From contig CAZVIP010000001.1 in assembly GCA_964627085.1 (NCBI GenBank), positions 3,654 to 67,653 on the forward strand: a stretch of 64,000 nt of DNA, in the 5' to 3' direction. Origin of the DNA: an uncultured Candidatus Saccharibacteria bacterium (GTDB taxonomy: Bacteria; Patescibacteriota; Minisyncoccia; Phycocordibacterales; CAIZLB01). Shown here in pieces: positions 41,060 through 50,141 of the stretch. Position 1 is the first letter of the stretch. Each line of letters starts with the position of its first letter. A model generated the notes under the pieces. That model saw only the letters and a list, made by a program, of their open reading frames with translations. It made no database searches and was not told the origin of the DNA. Both the position numbers and the translations under genes were made by a program.

Positions 41060-41710
41060 ATGAAAAAGAAAAGATTGCTAGATGACAATAGCTTTGGACC
41101 AGAGATCAGCTCTAATGTAATCCCTGGCCAGATCCGGAAAACCACAGATCCAGATCAAATACATATTGATCACGGAGAGGATTATCGACCACCTACCCGT
41201 GATATACGTGCTGTATCTTTCTTTGTATGGATCCATAAAATGATCAATGCAAGGAAACTGACAGAAAACACAAGCCTCAGGCGGAAGCTCCTGGACGGAA
41301 GAAGGCTCGCAAGCTACTTTGACGGACTGCAAGAAGATGAGGTGTATGAAAAATTCCTTCAACTACACCACTTTGCCAACGATTTATCAGATAGCTCAGT
41401 GGATGAGGAGCGGTTTAAAGCGCTGAAAAACTTTGCTTGCTCGGCATTTAAAGATCTGTCACAAACCAGACACCCAGATGCGATGCATGTCTTTCGCAAA
41501 ATACAATCCAAGACGTTCTGCGAAGAAAATCTGTTTGTATGGCTTGAAGAGGCAAGTTCGAAAACACATCGCAAAGGGGCTGCCACAGGAACAATTCACA
41601 TTAGTGACCTAAGTAAATTCACAGATATGCTGAATTGCGAGAGTGACCCACCCGAAACACCAGCAAGGTCACCTTACGAAGTCTGGCTACTGATAGCACC
41701 CGAACACTAA
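41060..41710 (+). CDS. Hypothetical protein (partner of TrmB-like paralog 3), moderately elevated GC
   Basis: Start at MKKKRLL. No known family. Divergent to paralog 3. Confidence 0.5.
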   Translation: MKKKRLLDDNSFGPEISSNVIPGQIRKTTDPDQIHIDHGEDYRPPTRDIRAVSFFVWIHKMINARKLTENTSLRRKLLDGRRLASYFDGLQEDEVYEKFLQLHHFANDLSDSSVDEERFKALKNFACSAFKDLSQTRHPDAMHVFRKIQSKTFCEENLFVWLEEASSKTHRKGAATGTIHISDLSKFTDMLNCESDPPETPARSPYEVWLLIAPEH

Positions 41711-41799
41711 AAGCTTATATCTTCGAACACCTCTTGTTGCATTCGTGCAGCAAGAGGTGTTTTACCTATACACAAAACAGAAGAAAATTGGTTTTGAGA

Positions 41800-42627
41800 T
41801 CAGAAAGAATTGTCAATTTTATTTGCACACATCCCCCAGGCAATATCAAAAACCATTTTTATCATACCGTAAAAAGCCTCATCTTCGATAACTACCCCTA
41901 TAATCTTCTTATCTTCATGTTGTTTTCCTAGTTTGAACATTGCTATTTTATTTTTTCCATACAACGTCATTTCGCTTGCCCAAGGAAAGATTTCCTTGTT
42001 GACTTTCCTGATCTGAGGAAAGTATCTTGTATTCTTCATAAAACCATATACGTTCTCGGCAAAAGAGTTTCCGTACTTATCATCAGGGACAAGTGCGCGC
42101 ATGGTAATTTTTTGCGACAATTTACCTTTTGTAAACTCAGATTGCTCCTGTTTAGAAAGATACCCATCAAAAGCCTTTGCATTGAATATTGTGGACATCT
42201 CATAATTTTTATACCTGAGCATGTCAAAATATATTTCTTTGATTTCACTATATCCATTGAAAATGGATATTTTAGGCAATGCTCCGAAAGAAGAAAACAA
42301 CTCCGTAAGATGAGGAATAGCTTTTTTAATTCCGGCCATTTTTTTATTAAAATCTTTATGTTGATATTCGATATAACTCAATAGTTTTTCAGGTGAAGAT
42401 AATATGTAAAAAACTTTTTTATTTTTCTCTACATCAGAAACCAAACCTTTGATAGCAAGAGACGTGAGTGTCTTGTAGCATGTACTCCTGTTTATATGAG
42501 CCTCTTTAGCAATTGCTGAGGGAAAACCTTGTCCACCCAGCCTAAACAATGAGACGTAAACTATTTTTTCTTTGTCAGATAATCCCATATTCTCCATTTG
42601 TTGTACGAGATATTTGAGTGTTTGCAT
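41800..42627 (-). CDS. TrmB-like winged-HTH transcriptional regulator, paralog 4
   Basis: DKEKIVYVSLFRLGGQGFPSAIAKEAHINRSTCYKTLTSLAIKGLV HTH. C-terminus ends FDIAWGMC, as in paralog 5. Confidence 0.7.
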   Translation of the reverse strand: MQTLKYLVQQMENMGLSDKEKIVYVSLFRLGGQGFPSAIAKEAHINRSTCYKTLTSLAIKGLVSDVEKNKKVFYILSSPEKLLSYIEYQHKDFNKKMAGIKKAIPHLTELFSSFGALPKISIFNGYSEIKEIYFDMLRYKNYEMSTIFNAKAFDGYLSKQEQSEFTKGKLSQKITMRALVPDDKYGNSFAENVYGFMKNTRYFPQIRKVNKEIFPWASEMTLYGKNKIAMFKLGKQHEDKKIIGVVIEDEAFYGMIKMVFDIAWGMCANKIDNSF

Positions 42628-42834
42628 ATGTTTAATATACTACCATATTGTTCGTTTGTGCGAACAAGAATCTCTTATACATAGAATACCCTTATACATA
42701 AACATATAATCCATCAGTATTGTATGAATACAGTAACAGATTGTGTAATCCATGCTTATCTACACCTTGGATTGAGTCCACCTATCTACGACTAACTAGC
42801 AGTAGATATATAGTCACAACAAAATATACATATT

Positions 42835-43422
42835 ATGAACGTAAAAAAATACCCATCCCAAGAATCACTCAGCAACGCCCTGGCAGATATCAGTTCCATC
42901 TTCCCTATCCACATGGACACCAATACATCTTTTACCCATTGCAATCAAGGTTTAGTAGAGAAAAATCCTGCAGTATTGGTCCCAGTATTCAGTGGCTTGG
43001 CTCCCGAGACACCTCCCAATTGCCGGCCAGCTACCTTTGAGGAATTAATTGCCTTTAGCGAGGAGTGTGAATTCGAATCTGATGAAGACAGCGAGGAGAG
43101 CCCAGGTTCCCGACTTATTAAAGACACCGCAGGTATCATCCTTGCAACTGGAACAAAACTCTATAAGCTAGGTGAAAATATCGAAGGCTTATTCCCTTCA
43201 TTTATCCCCTTCTTCTACCCAAAAAGAAGCTGGAAATTCTGGGGTCGAGGCTATTCACCTAAATTCGAAAGGTCTTTCTCACTTTTACAAAACAGCGGAA
43301 GACTCAACATTCTTCAACTGATCGAAAGTTTGACTGACCCTAGAACATTAAAACACCCCACTTGGTTCAAGGATGATTCGGGTATAGACAGCATTCCAAG
43401 GGTGTTGTATATCAAAACATAG
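42835..43422 (+). CDS. Hypothetical protein (partner of TrmB-like paralog 4)
   Basis: 195 aa with no known family. Two hairpin terminators follow (about 43440-43495 and about 43505-43545). Confidence 0.5.
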   Translation: MNVKKYPSQESLSNALADISSIFPIHMDTNTSFTHCNQGLVEKNPAVLVPVFSGLAPETPPNCRPATFEELIAFSEECEFESDEDSEESPGSRLIKDTAGIILATGTKLYKLGENIEGLFPSFIPFFYPKRSWKFWGRGYSPKFERSFSLLQNSGRLNILQLIESLTDPRTLKHPTWFKDDSGIDSIPRVLYIKT

Positions 43423-43679
43423 TGTTTTCTTGCCCTCCTATTTATTTGATATATACAAGTGTTGATATCAAATAAAATGGGAGGGCTTTATCTTTTTCAC
43501 ACTAATCAACGACCCAAGCGAAAGCTGGTGGGTCTTTTTTTGTTAACATAATATTTATCAATTGCTGACATAGATCGTGCAATCCACACAAATAAATCGG
43601 CCCAACCTAATATATCCGACTGCAACACTCGAAGAAGATATGAGTAGAAAAAATATTTAATGCTAAAATCAAATTAACC

Positions 43680-44016
43680 ATAGGACGTTTGATGCTTGAA
43701 CCTCCGATTTGGTTTCTAGCGCTGAAGCCACCAGGTTATCTTTTTTCCATGGTCTAGTCAGAGAAAAAAGGTTCTTGACCACCAATCTTGAGCCCAAAAA
43801 AGCGCCTCACCCGACGTTAGAGGGTCTGAAATTGTAATGCGGACCCGCTCTAGTTAATGTAAGCAACCCACCCTTCTGTAGTTATCTACTAAACAAGCAT
43901 CTGAATAAGGAAGCCAGTGGACTTACATTAACTAGGCGGGACGCTTTAGGACTCAAATTTGCACATTGTTTTGAACATAATTCATTCCAGACCGGACCTT
44001 TGTTCGGTCTTTTTTA
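43680..44016 (+). ncRNA. Candidate structured non-coding RNA (about 330 nt) of unknown class, ending in an intrinsic terminator
   Basis: No ORF of 60 aa or more across 650 bp. Extended -10 element (TGcTAAAAT) near 43660-43672. A 13-bp perfect long-range helix (tagttaatgtaag / cttacattaacta) is nested in a longer stem. Terminator hairpin agaccgg...cggtct plus T6 at 43989-44016. Confidence 0.3.
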
Positions 44017-44068
44017 TAAGGTCACAAACTGTGACCTTAGTGAAAACTTAGGAGTTAATCACAATGAA

Positions 44069-44833
44069 TTAAACACACATCCCCCAGGCAAACAAAAACA
44101 CCTGCTTGAACATATTTGAAATTGTTGGTGATGTGATAGTTACCGCATATACATGACCGTCTTTGAGTGAAAAAAGAGCCACACGCTCATCTGCAATAAT
44201 CATTGTCGAATGAAACATATGCTGTGCAGGTAAAAATCTAACCTCGCGGAACTGGTCATTTGTATATGCAGACAGACCAAGATCCTTTGCAAAATCAGGT
44301 GCGAGTAGATGTGTGAAAATTTTAAGCTTGTTTTTTCGAGCGAGCACAGCTGGCAGATACTTTGGGAAATATTCCAATAACTCCGGATGTGAAATTGTAT
44401 ATAAATTTCGATCGTCCCGAGTTTCAAGCATGTCATATAGACCCCCGATAATATCTTTTATCGAATCTTTTCCTTCATAAAACCTTACTTCTGGCTGTGG
44501 CCCAGACTTTTGCATCATAGATTCCAACTCTGGAAATATCTCTTTTATCTTTTCTGCCTTTTGCTCTGCACTTTTGACGAGACGCCTCGGATGCTCTGCA
44601 AACCAATATGCGACCTGATTTTTCTTAAAAATACCCACCAAATTAAGCTTTTTGAGTCTTTCGAGGTCATTGTAAACAGTAGTTCTTGGGAAATTGACCT
44701 GTTTTGAGATTTGAAAAACAGTCTGATCCTTATTAGCGAGGAGATATAGATAAATAGCAATCTCACGTTCATTGAGGCCAAATTCGAGTAGATTTTGGGT
44801 TAAAGAGTCTTGTGTCATAAATATGGACAACAA
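44069..44833 (-). CDS. TrmB-like winged-HTH transcriptional regulator, paralog 5
   Basis: EREIAIYLYLLANKDQTVFQISKQVNFPRTTVYNDLERLKKLNLV HTH. C-terminus FLFAWGMCV. Confidence 0.7.
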   Translation of the reverse strand: MLSIFMTQDSLTQNLLEFGLNEREIAIYLYLLANKDQTVFQISKQVNFPRTTVYNDLERLKKLNLVGIFKKNQVAYWFAEHPRRLVKSAEQKAEKIKEIFPELESMMQKSGPQPEVRFYEGKDSIKDIIGGLYDMLETRDDRNLYTISHPELLEYFPKYLPAVLARKNKLKIFTHLLAPDFAKDLGLSAYTNDQFREVRFLPAQHMFHSTMIIADERVALFSLKDGHVYAVTITSPTISNMFKQVFLFAWGMCV

Positions 44834-44901
44834 TAGTATATATAATATATGGCTATGTGTAAAGCTATTCGTGTGTTTATATTTCTAGACTGCCATTTTT
44901 T

Positions 44902-45468
44902 ATGACACATATTGACTATAGTAGTATTCTATTGTGTAGAACAAATCCGTTCTTCACAAACAACAAAAACACAACAAATAGAAATCAAGACAATATGACT
45001 CACTCAAAATTACTCGCCAGCATGCTTTTCGCTGAAAAAGACTATGTGATGGGAATTTACTGTAAGGGTAAGTTTTACATTCATTGGAATTTCGAAGCCA
45101 GTACAACTCAGCCATTAACAGGCACTCTTCCAGACGGTAAAACTTGGACATCTGAACCCCTAGGGGAATTGCACTCGTCCGTGTCTTTGTTGCATGAATA
45201 TGCAGACAAAGAATTCAGAATGGCAACTATCAGAAAAAAGGACTTGCTAGCCGATGGGACTCTGGTTAAGGTAGACCTCTATTTCGATGCAATCCTTGAT
45301 ACAGCGGGTTTAAGTGACAACGACAAACATTTTGCTGAAATCCCAAAGGAAGTTTTGACTCTGCTAGACGAAGGAAAGGATCCCTGCGTTGAAGAGTGCG
45401 GGAGTAGTATCAACACCGTGCTCATCCCCTTCGACTTTACCAACGTGGTCTTAATTGGCTACGAATAA
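44902..45468 (+). CDS. Hypothetical protein (partner of TrmB-like paralog 5)
   Basis: ORF with no known family. The true start may be the internal ATG near 45000 (MTHSKLL). Hairpin terminator at 45480-45525. Confidence 0.5.
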   Translation: MTHIDYSSILLCRTNPFFTNNKNTTNRNQDNMTHSKLLASMLFAEKDYVMGIYCKGKFYIHWNFEASTTQPLTGTLPDGKTWTSEPLGELHSSVSLLHEYADKEFRMATIRKKDLLADGTLVKVDLYFDAILDTAGLSDNDKHFAEIPKEVLTLLDEGKDPCVEECGSSINTVLIPFDFTNVVLIGYE

Positions 45469-45610
45469 ATGCGAAGGGTCACCAAAGTAACAAACATAGC
45501 CATCCGCATTCAAGCGGATGGCTATTTCTTTTATTAAAAACCCAGACTTGGTCCTCAGTCGTTATGATTATCAATCTTGCAAACCCCTCATTTTCCCTTA
45601 TAATCAAGCC

Positions 45611-46183
45611 ATGTTAATACCAACAGTAATCGAAAAATCACAATTCGGGGAGCGAGCATATGATATATACTCTCGCCTACTTCGAGAAAATATTATTTTC
45701 CTAGGAGGACCAATTGATGACAATGTCGCGAATATTGTCATTGCGCAACTTCTCTTTCTCCAATCTGAAAATCCAAAAAAAGACATCAGTCTCTATATCA
45801 ACTCACCTGGAGGATCTGCTTCTGCAACCCTTGCAATGATTGATACGATTAATCATATCAAGAATGATGTATCTACCATTTGTATCGGCATGGCAGCTTC
45901 TGGAGGCGCATGGCTTCTCTCAGCGGGCACAAAAGGCAAGAGATATGCTCTTGCAAACTCTGAGGTTATGATTCACCAACCACTCGGTGGTGCAGAAGGT
46001 CAGGCTACAGATATCGAGATTACTGCCAAGCACATCGTTGGGCTCCGCAAGCGACTTGCTGAAATTATGGCAAAGAATACTGGCCAGAAGTTTGAAAAAG
46101 TTCAGCAGGATCTAGAGCGAGACTTCTTTATGTCTGCAGATGAGGCAAAGAAATACGGTATCATCGATAAAGTCCTCAGCTAG
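45611..46183 (+). CDS. clpP: ATP-dependent Clp protease proteolytic subunit ClpP
   Basis: NSPGGSASA (Ser), MIHQP (His) and D catalytic triad context. Start at MLIPTVIE. Terminator at 46236-46265. Confidence 0.92.
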   Translation: MLIPTVIEKSQFGERAYDIYSRLLRENIIFLGGPIDDNVANIVIAQLLFLQSENPKKDISLYINSPGGSASATLAMIDTINHIKNDVSTICIGMAASGGAWLLSAGTKGKRYALANSEVMIHQPLGGAEGQATDIEITAKHIVGLRKRLAEIMAKNTGQKFEKVQQDLERDFFMSADEAKKYGIIDKVLS

Positions 46184-46305
46184 TTTATAGTTTTGTTTAT
46201 TTTGACAATTTGAGCTTTACACACAAAACAAAAACCACCAGCACAGGTGGTTTTTGTTTTTCTTCATGCTTCCAAAGAAATATTGATTCTTTACATATTT
46301 TTTTA

Positions 46306-48297
46306 CTACAGTGTTACAACTGGTGTTCTCAATGCTTCAAGTCCCCATATTTGAGTTGTGGTACCATTCTGTCCTCCCCAATAAAATGCATCAATAAACA
46401 TTTGATAGTTATTTAATGTTGTTTGTTTTGGAAAACCAGTAAATACCCTAACCTCCACATTTGAGATAGAACCATCCGCAATTGGTTGATTTGGTGTGGT
46501 CGAAACACTTATATATGGTTGATATACAGAGTTTTTATCCAAGTAACTTACGAAGCCGTTTTTACTCAAACCAATTCTGAAATCACTAATTACAGGTGCT
46601 GCAAAGCTTGCTCCCTTTGCCTCAATTTGCATATTGAATTTCGCACTAAGCGCACTCGTTGTACTCGTATTGTACTGATCTAATATTGGTGAGTCGACAA
46701 AGATAATGTTAGGGGCCGCAGGATACATAGTATACCTATTGCCACCGATTACAGTTTTATTTACTGTATCAGTAACCCCATTGTTATAAGTTACCTCAGT
46801 AAGCGAAACCGTGATAGGACTACCCGGTATTGTATTTGGTGCAAAATCCGCCTTAACAATTAAGTATTGTGACAAATCTTTTCCAACAGGAATAGCTAAG
46901 TCTTTGAACTCAACTATATATGAAGCTGGTGACACAGTTGAATACAATACCTTAGAGGAATCATTGCTTAGTGACATGGTCTTTGGAACCAAGCCAGATA
47001 CAGCAAACTTCACACTCTTTATTGTTGAGCTCGCATTTGTAGACTTCGCCGAGAATCTAAAAACAGGATTGTTTTGTGATCCTAATGTTGGACTTACAAC
47101 AATATTTCTTCCAGTTAGTGGAGAAGTTGTTGTTGCAACAACGAGCACGGCAGGCGTTACTACGAACGGCGTACAATCACTGTCAGCCATATCAATAGTC
47201 ATATCATAATCATTATCTACACCATCAGTACAAAGCGCATATGTATTCTCGACTGGAATTACAACAGGTTTACCTGAGAATTCGATAGTCTTACGGAATG
47301 CATCACCATCAAATGAATAGTATCCGACTAATCCAGCAGGATTAGTTGCAGTGATAGATTTGGCTTGGTAACCATCAATAGAGACAATTCTATCTATATC
47401 AACCACGTTTGTCTCAAAATACACCTGAAGCTTTTTTCCATAACCAGCTTGAATAGGTATATTAAGACCGCTCAATCGTGCGTAATAATCATTATTTGCA
47501 TCCCTAGTAAAAGTACTCATTGTGTTTACTGGTATATTCAATAACACAGTATTTCCTTCTTTTAGGATAATTCTCTTAATGAGAGCCGCCGGATTTTCTC
47601 TAACCAAGACATTTGTAGCCCCTGGTATTACATTTGAATTCTGCGCAACACTAACCTCAAGGTCAATTGAACTGACTGTTTGAGCAGTTCCGGTTGCTGC
47701 TAAATCTAGATTATAGACAACACTTGTTGTACCACTTTGCTGTTTCGAAGGCACATTTGGCATACCAGCAGCGGGTGGGACAACTATTATTGCACCCTTG
47801 AACTGTGTCTTTGCTTCAATTGTGAAAACACCACTTCTAGATTCGACATTATATCTATTCACAAGCTGAATTTGATATCTGCCATCTTTGAGATCTTTTG
47901 GTACATAGAAATCGAATGTACTCTGCCCAGACTTTGTCTGCCCTACCGGGATCACATTAGTTGTCTCCGAAGAAGTTGCCGGCAGCCTAATAATTGAAAC
48001 TCTGTACGGCTCTCCGTTATTTCCCCTCCACGAAATCTTATACATCTGTCCTGGACGAAGATTGTCACCAGCCAAAGGCGAGGTAATCGTCACTTGCCCA
48101 GCGACTGAATTGATACATTTATTTATTCTTGTCTGGCCCGTGTCTCCTTTTTGATCAGAGAGACATTTAATCACACCTATGAGCTGATCTCTGTTTAGAG
48201 AATCCAGCGCCGGTGTTGTTACACTTTGCTCTGAGCGAGCAAAGACCGGTATACACGCTACAAACGCAAGGCATGCAGCAGCTAATGTCTTTTTCAT
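46306..48297 (-). CDS. Large secreted beta-rich protein (hypothetical surface or adhesin-like)
   Basis: 663 aa. N-terminal signal peptide MKKTLAAACLAFVACIPVFA. Thr/Ser/Asn/Val-rich with no recognisable catalytic motifs. Confidence 0.6.
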   Translation of the reverse strand: MKKTLAAACLAFVACIPVFARSEQSVTTPALDSLNRDQLIGVIKCLSDQKGDTGQTRINKCINSVAGQVTITSPLAGDNLRPGQMYKISWRGNNGEPYRVSIIRLPATSSETTNVIPVGQTKSGQSTFDFYVPKDLKDGRYQIQLVNRYNVESRSGVFTIEAKTQFKGAIIVVPPAAGMPNVPSKQQSGTTSVVYNLDLAATGTAQTVSSIDLEVSVAQNSNVIPGATNVLVRENPAALIKRIILKEGNTVLLNIPVNTMSTFTRDANNDYYARLSGLNIPIQAGYGKKLQVYFETNVVDIDRIVSIDGYQAKSITATNPAGLVGYYSFDGDAFRKTIEFSGKPVVIPVENTYALCTDGVDNDYDMTIDMADSDCTPFVVTPAVLVVATTTSPLTGRNIVVSPTLGSQNNPVFRFSAKSTNASSTIKSVKFAVSGLVPKTMSLSNDSSKVLYSTVSPASYIVEFKDLAIPVGKDLSQYLIVKADFAPNTIPGSPITVSLTEVTYNNGVTDTVNKTVIGGNRYTMYPAAPNIIFVDSPILDQYNTSTTSALSAKFNMQIEAKGASFAAPVISDFRIGLSKNGFVSYLDKNSVYQPYISVSTTPNQPIADGSISNVEVRVFTGFPKQTTLNNYQMFIDAFYWGGQNGTTTQIWGLEALRTPVVTL

Positions 48298-48975
48298 TTA
48301 TTATTGTGCTAAGAAGTAAAGAATCAATATTCTTTGGGACGTAGAGTGATAATAACACAATTGTCCTTTATACAAAATTAATCTGTTGATAAGTGTCCTT
48401 TATTGTTTGTTTCTTGCAAGAAATTCAAGCATTGATAAAAGACATTATACGGAGTTTATGTTTGTTCTTTATTTTTAAGAGCTCACACACAAAGTGTTTT
48501 CATTTATTTTTTTGTGATTTTCTTTATCTGTTTTTCATCACAGAAAATGTATTAAATATTTTTTATTGTGTACTCATCTTTTACGTAATGCATTTTGTGC
48601 TATGTATTTGGTACTATTTACAAAACACAAATATGTATTCTTATGTTTTTGCCAAAACTGCCCTGCGAGAGAATTTCTCTATTGTATTGAATATGATTTG
48701 AATTATCTGGATATTGTACAACTGATAAATTTGATACATCAGTTGTAGGGCTATAAATATGACTATATTCAAGTGCTCTGTATTCTATTTATATTTACAG
48801 ATACATGTTTACTCATTTTCTTTCGCAAAATAATTTTAACTGTTGATTTATAAAGCTTTTTTTAACTAACCCAAGAATCCATTGCATCTCATTGCTTGAA
48901 AATACGGCTTAATATATAATTATTGCGTAACCCGTTCCGGTCGAATTACAAGCAATCAAACCGAACATAAATAAT

Positions 48976-49248
48976 ATGAACAAAGCAGCACTCGTAGACA
49001 AAGTACACGAAGCACTAGGATCAACAAAGGTTCAGGCTGAATCTATTGTTGACTTGATTTTCGATACAATCACAGGGTCTTTGAAAAAAGGCAATGAAGT
49101 ATCAGTAGCAGGCTTCGGTATCTTCTCTGCAAAGCAGCGAGCCGCTCGTTCAGCTCGAAACCCTCGAACTGGCGAAATGGTAAAGGTTGCAGCTATGAAG
49201 GTTCCAAAGTTCAGAGCCGCTAAGGCTTTGAAGGACGCAGTTAAATAA
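48976..49248 (+). CDS. hup: DNA-binding protein HU
   Basis: 90 aa. MNKAALVDKV...GFGIFSAKQRAARSARNPRTGE...VPKFRAAKALKDAV. Terminator hairpin at 49318-49358. Confidence 0.93.
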   Translation: MNKAALVDKVHEALGSTKVQAESIVDLIFDTITGSLKKGNEVSVAGFGIFSAKQRAARSARNPRTGEMVKVAAMKVPKFRAAKALKDAVK

Positions 49249-49565
49249 TCTGCAATCACCTTCCTATCACCAATTTTGGTGATTTTAGAGAATATGCTCG
49301 CGGTTAGCGACAATCATTCTCAACAAAAAAACTCCGACACCACTCGGAGTTTTTTTGTTTTTTGTAAGCAATATTACTTACCCCGAACTCCCTACAGACA
49401 AAGATACTCTTGGTGTTGATTTGTAATGAAATTGATAAGGAAATAAGGAGGGTCTAAAAGCGGAGGTAAAGTAAAAACACCCAGAGCTCCGAGGAGATAG
49501 GTGTTGGTTGAAAGTTTTAAGAGAATTGAACTCTACGGTTGCTTCACCGGGTGGGTTTACCACCA

Positions 49566-49928
49566 TTAACCACAATCGTAGGCAGCTTTGATTGTATGGA
49601 TTTCATCCCAGCCTAAACCAGGAACTTCGACGATTTTCTTCCAGACGCGCCAGTAGTTCATCATTTTACCGAGTTGGATACGTTCGTCGTAACCAAGCTT
49701 AGCGATCCGAGGTTCAAGAAAGTCTGCCACGGCCTGACTAGTTAGGTATCCTGCTCCACCAAACAAAATGAGTTCATCATCTGTCATGTGACGAAGCAAG
49801 CCTTTAAGTAAAGGTAGGTCTTCGTCTGCGAACTGACGTTTACCACTCACTTTGGCGATTGTGACTAGCTCTGCCACAAGAGTTTTTGCTGCAACTGCAA
49901 TTCTGTCCTTACTTTCCGGTGTATTCAT
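49566..49928 (-). CDS. Hypothetical protein (partner of TrmB-like paralog 6), elevated GC
   Basis: 120 aa with no known family. About 47% GC. Confidence 0.5.
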   Translation of the reverse strand: MNTPESKDRIAVAAKTLVAELVTIAKVSGKRQFADEDLPLLKGLLRHMTDDELILFGGAGYLTSQAVADFLEPRIAKLGYDERIQLGKMMNYWRVWKKIVEVPGLGWDEIHTIKAAYDCG

Positions 49929-50141
49929 ATTTTTTCAAGGTTAAGTGTAGTAAAAGGATTTAATCCGCTTGGCGATTGCCAGCAGGTCGACTATCTCCTT
50001 TCTCCTACACTCAACTTTGGCACCCTTCAATGAACTTGACTTTCTGGTATAAGTATAGCCTAATAATGGTATTTAGTCAATACCTATTGACTACCAAATT
50101 TTTGACCTTTACAGTATATAAATAAAAGCTAAAATTAATGC

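Noticed and set aside
43680-44016. Identification of the candidate ncRNA as tmRNA, RNase P RNA or SRP RNA
   Set aside because: I found no tRNA-like 3' end (GGTTCGAnTCC...CCA) or tag ORF for tmRNA. For RNase P there is no GGAAAGUCCGG/ACAGAAnCCGGCUUA pair in the correct order and spacing. For SRP there is no GGAAGCAGCC domain-IV motif. The class is left open.
48393-48748. ORFs of 102 and 60 aa in the AT-rich spacer upstream of hup
   Set aside because: They are hydrophobic low-complexity translations of AT-rich DNA (F/L/I/Y runs) with no signals. This is typical spurious ORF content in about 28% GC sequence.
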